From Antedon mediterranea (Eukaryota > Animalia > Echinodermata): DNA of 64,000 bases. The position numbers were made by a program, and so were the translations under genes. Positions 62,341-64,000 of this stretch are shown in pieces. How positions within the stretch are numbered: position 1 is the first letter of the stretch; every line of letters begins with the position of its first letter. A model generated the notes under the pieces. The model made no database searches and was not told the DNA's origin. It saw nothing but the letters and a program-made list of their open reading frames with translations. The stretch covers positions 3,715,812 to 3,779,811 of the forward strand of contig NC_092675.1 of assembly GCF_964355755.1 (NCBI RefSeq), in the 5' to 3' direction.

Positions 62341-63240
62341 TTAATGTAAATTCTCTGTTTCACTTTCTGAATCATCTGAATCATCACTCCAAGCAATTTC
62401 GAAAGATGAATCATCATCGTCATACTCAGCAGCGTAAATTCTCTGTTTCACTTTCTGAATCATCTGAATCATCACTCCAAGCAATTTCGAAAGATGAATC
62501 GTCATCATCATCGTCATACTCAGCAGCAACATCTGGCTGGACACTCTGGATATTCACTGTAACATCTTCCTCTTCGTGAAAAAAAGAATCTGGCATTGCA
62601 TGTCCCAAATACCAGTCAGGAATATAGCATCCGTTGCTTTCCTTCCATCCGTAATTGAGAGGATCCAAGCCATGTCCTGAATGTGCAGAGTTGGCATTTC
62701 CCCACAGAATGCTGATAAAATGTGCCTCTTGCAATTTGTTATGCAAGGTGTTCGCACAAGGCGGTAGAAGTGCACAGTCCACTTTCTTCACGTTGGACAT
62801 TGGGTTCTCCTAAAACAAATTAAGATAATATAGATGATTAGTTATCAATGTGTTAAATTCATTTTAAATCTTGTTCAATACTGGTAATAATATTTTTAAT
62901 TAATGCTACTTTGTGTTAATCATCCACAGACAAGAACACTTATAATGAAATACAGTATTGTAGTTTAGGTTGCTGTTATGGATTCATTATTTTCCTTTTT
63001 ATGAAATGTGATGATATAGTACCTATAGTATCCATTCTCCCTGTCATCTGACACAGTTTATGAACCTGGCATCATTGACATCTTTGACATCACCCTTTAA
63101 GCCATACATGGAACAGACAAACTCTTCTGCTATTCTCTGGTCTGGTTCATCGTCAGAAGCCAGTCTACTAAAGAATTCAATCAATGTTCCTTCTGTGTCT
63201 TTTACAATTACTTCAAAGGGCTTCAATTTTCGTTTCCTTT
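62341..63240 (-). mobile_element. Degenerate transposase-like fragment (Academ-like C-terminal region), apparently intron-containing
   Basis: EEFVCSMYG..DVNDARF (63044-63226), then LLPPC..L....AHFIS.LW......DPLNYGW..IPDW and an acidic tail (62426-62800). Candidate intron about 62809-63022. The tail carries an 88-bp tandem duplication. Confidence 0.55.
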
Positions 63241-64000
63241 TCGATCAAAGTTTATTATTAGTTTGTCGAAAAAGATCCGTACAGTATTTAGGAAGGATTT
63301 ATTTAAATTTACATTATGTAATATTTGTTATGAAGTGTGATGGAAACAGTTTCTCTAGCCTATTAAACAGTGTGTAAGCATCTATTTTTCAAAACATTTT
63401 CGGAGCCAAACCCTCCCCCGCTCGGTGCTACGCACCTCATTTGCCACTTTCGTGGCCACCCCCCCTCGTCAGATCCTAGATCCGCCACTGACAGTTACAA
63501 TTAACACAGTGTATAATGTCCTTATCAAACCTTAATATAAAAGTATAGTATAGTCCTATCCTTTTTTTCAGTTATCCTACATTATTTCAAATTAATTACG
63601 CTCTCTCGGTATCAATGACAACCACAGTGAAGTGCCAGTACCGATATAAGCCTATATCGGATCATTTTACCCCAGGCTTTACTCACCTAAGCTATACTGT
63701 GAGGTTATTGGCTAGAATTGAACCAGGCCGTCTGTAGACGAAACCGGGGACGAAACACAAACTCAGCTCATGTTCTACAGTTAGTAAAGTGTTTAGTTTG
63801 ATTACAAATACTTATTGTCATCAAGATACCCCTACTTCTTTGATCTTGACGCCGCATATTTATTGTTGAATAGTATCTTAAATAAGGGTCGACTTTTCGG
63901 GGGTGTCTGGCGGGACATATACAGCGGATAATTTGTCTGGCAATGCACTTTTTATACTTAGTAGAGTATGTTTGTTAATTCTAAGGCGTGTCTGGCGGGG

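Overview
AT-rich, intron-containing animal genomic DNA, probably a marine invertebrate and possibly an echinoderm (inferred from composition and repeat content only). All gene models were spliced by hand using GT-AG sites and phase matching. Four intact genes: (1) a secreted Spaetzle/neurotrophin-type cystine-knot protein with Gly/Tyr/Pro loops (+, 37-2768); (2) a C3orf38 homolog (-, 3 exons, 3578-5886); (3) ubiquilin (-, 13 exons, 31016-43171); (4) sterol C5-desaturase SC5D (+, 55921-58057). A tandem duplication running from the last ubiquilin intron to C3orf38 intron 2 created a fifth, chimeric ORF (-, 19376-22792) in which C3orf38 exons 1-2 splice in frame to a diverged copy of the ubiquilin UBA exon. 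This is the most novel item in the window. The remainder is dense with transposon relics: an Academ-like element with 3-bp TSD, Helitron copies, hAT-like elements with 5- and 6-bp TSDs, MULE-, Kolobok- and Harbinger-like MITEs, tRNA-derived SINEs, a twin-primed L1-like insertion and several classes of apparent excision footprints. No CRISPR, rRNA or intact tRNA was seen. TE superfamily names are inferred from termini and TSDs, not from database searches.
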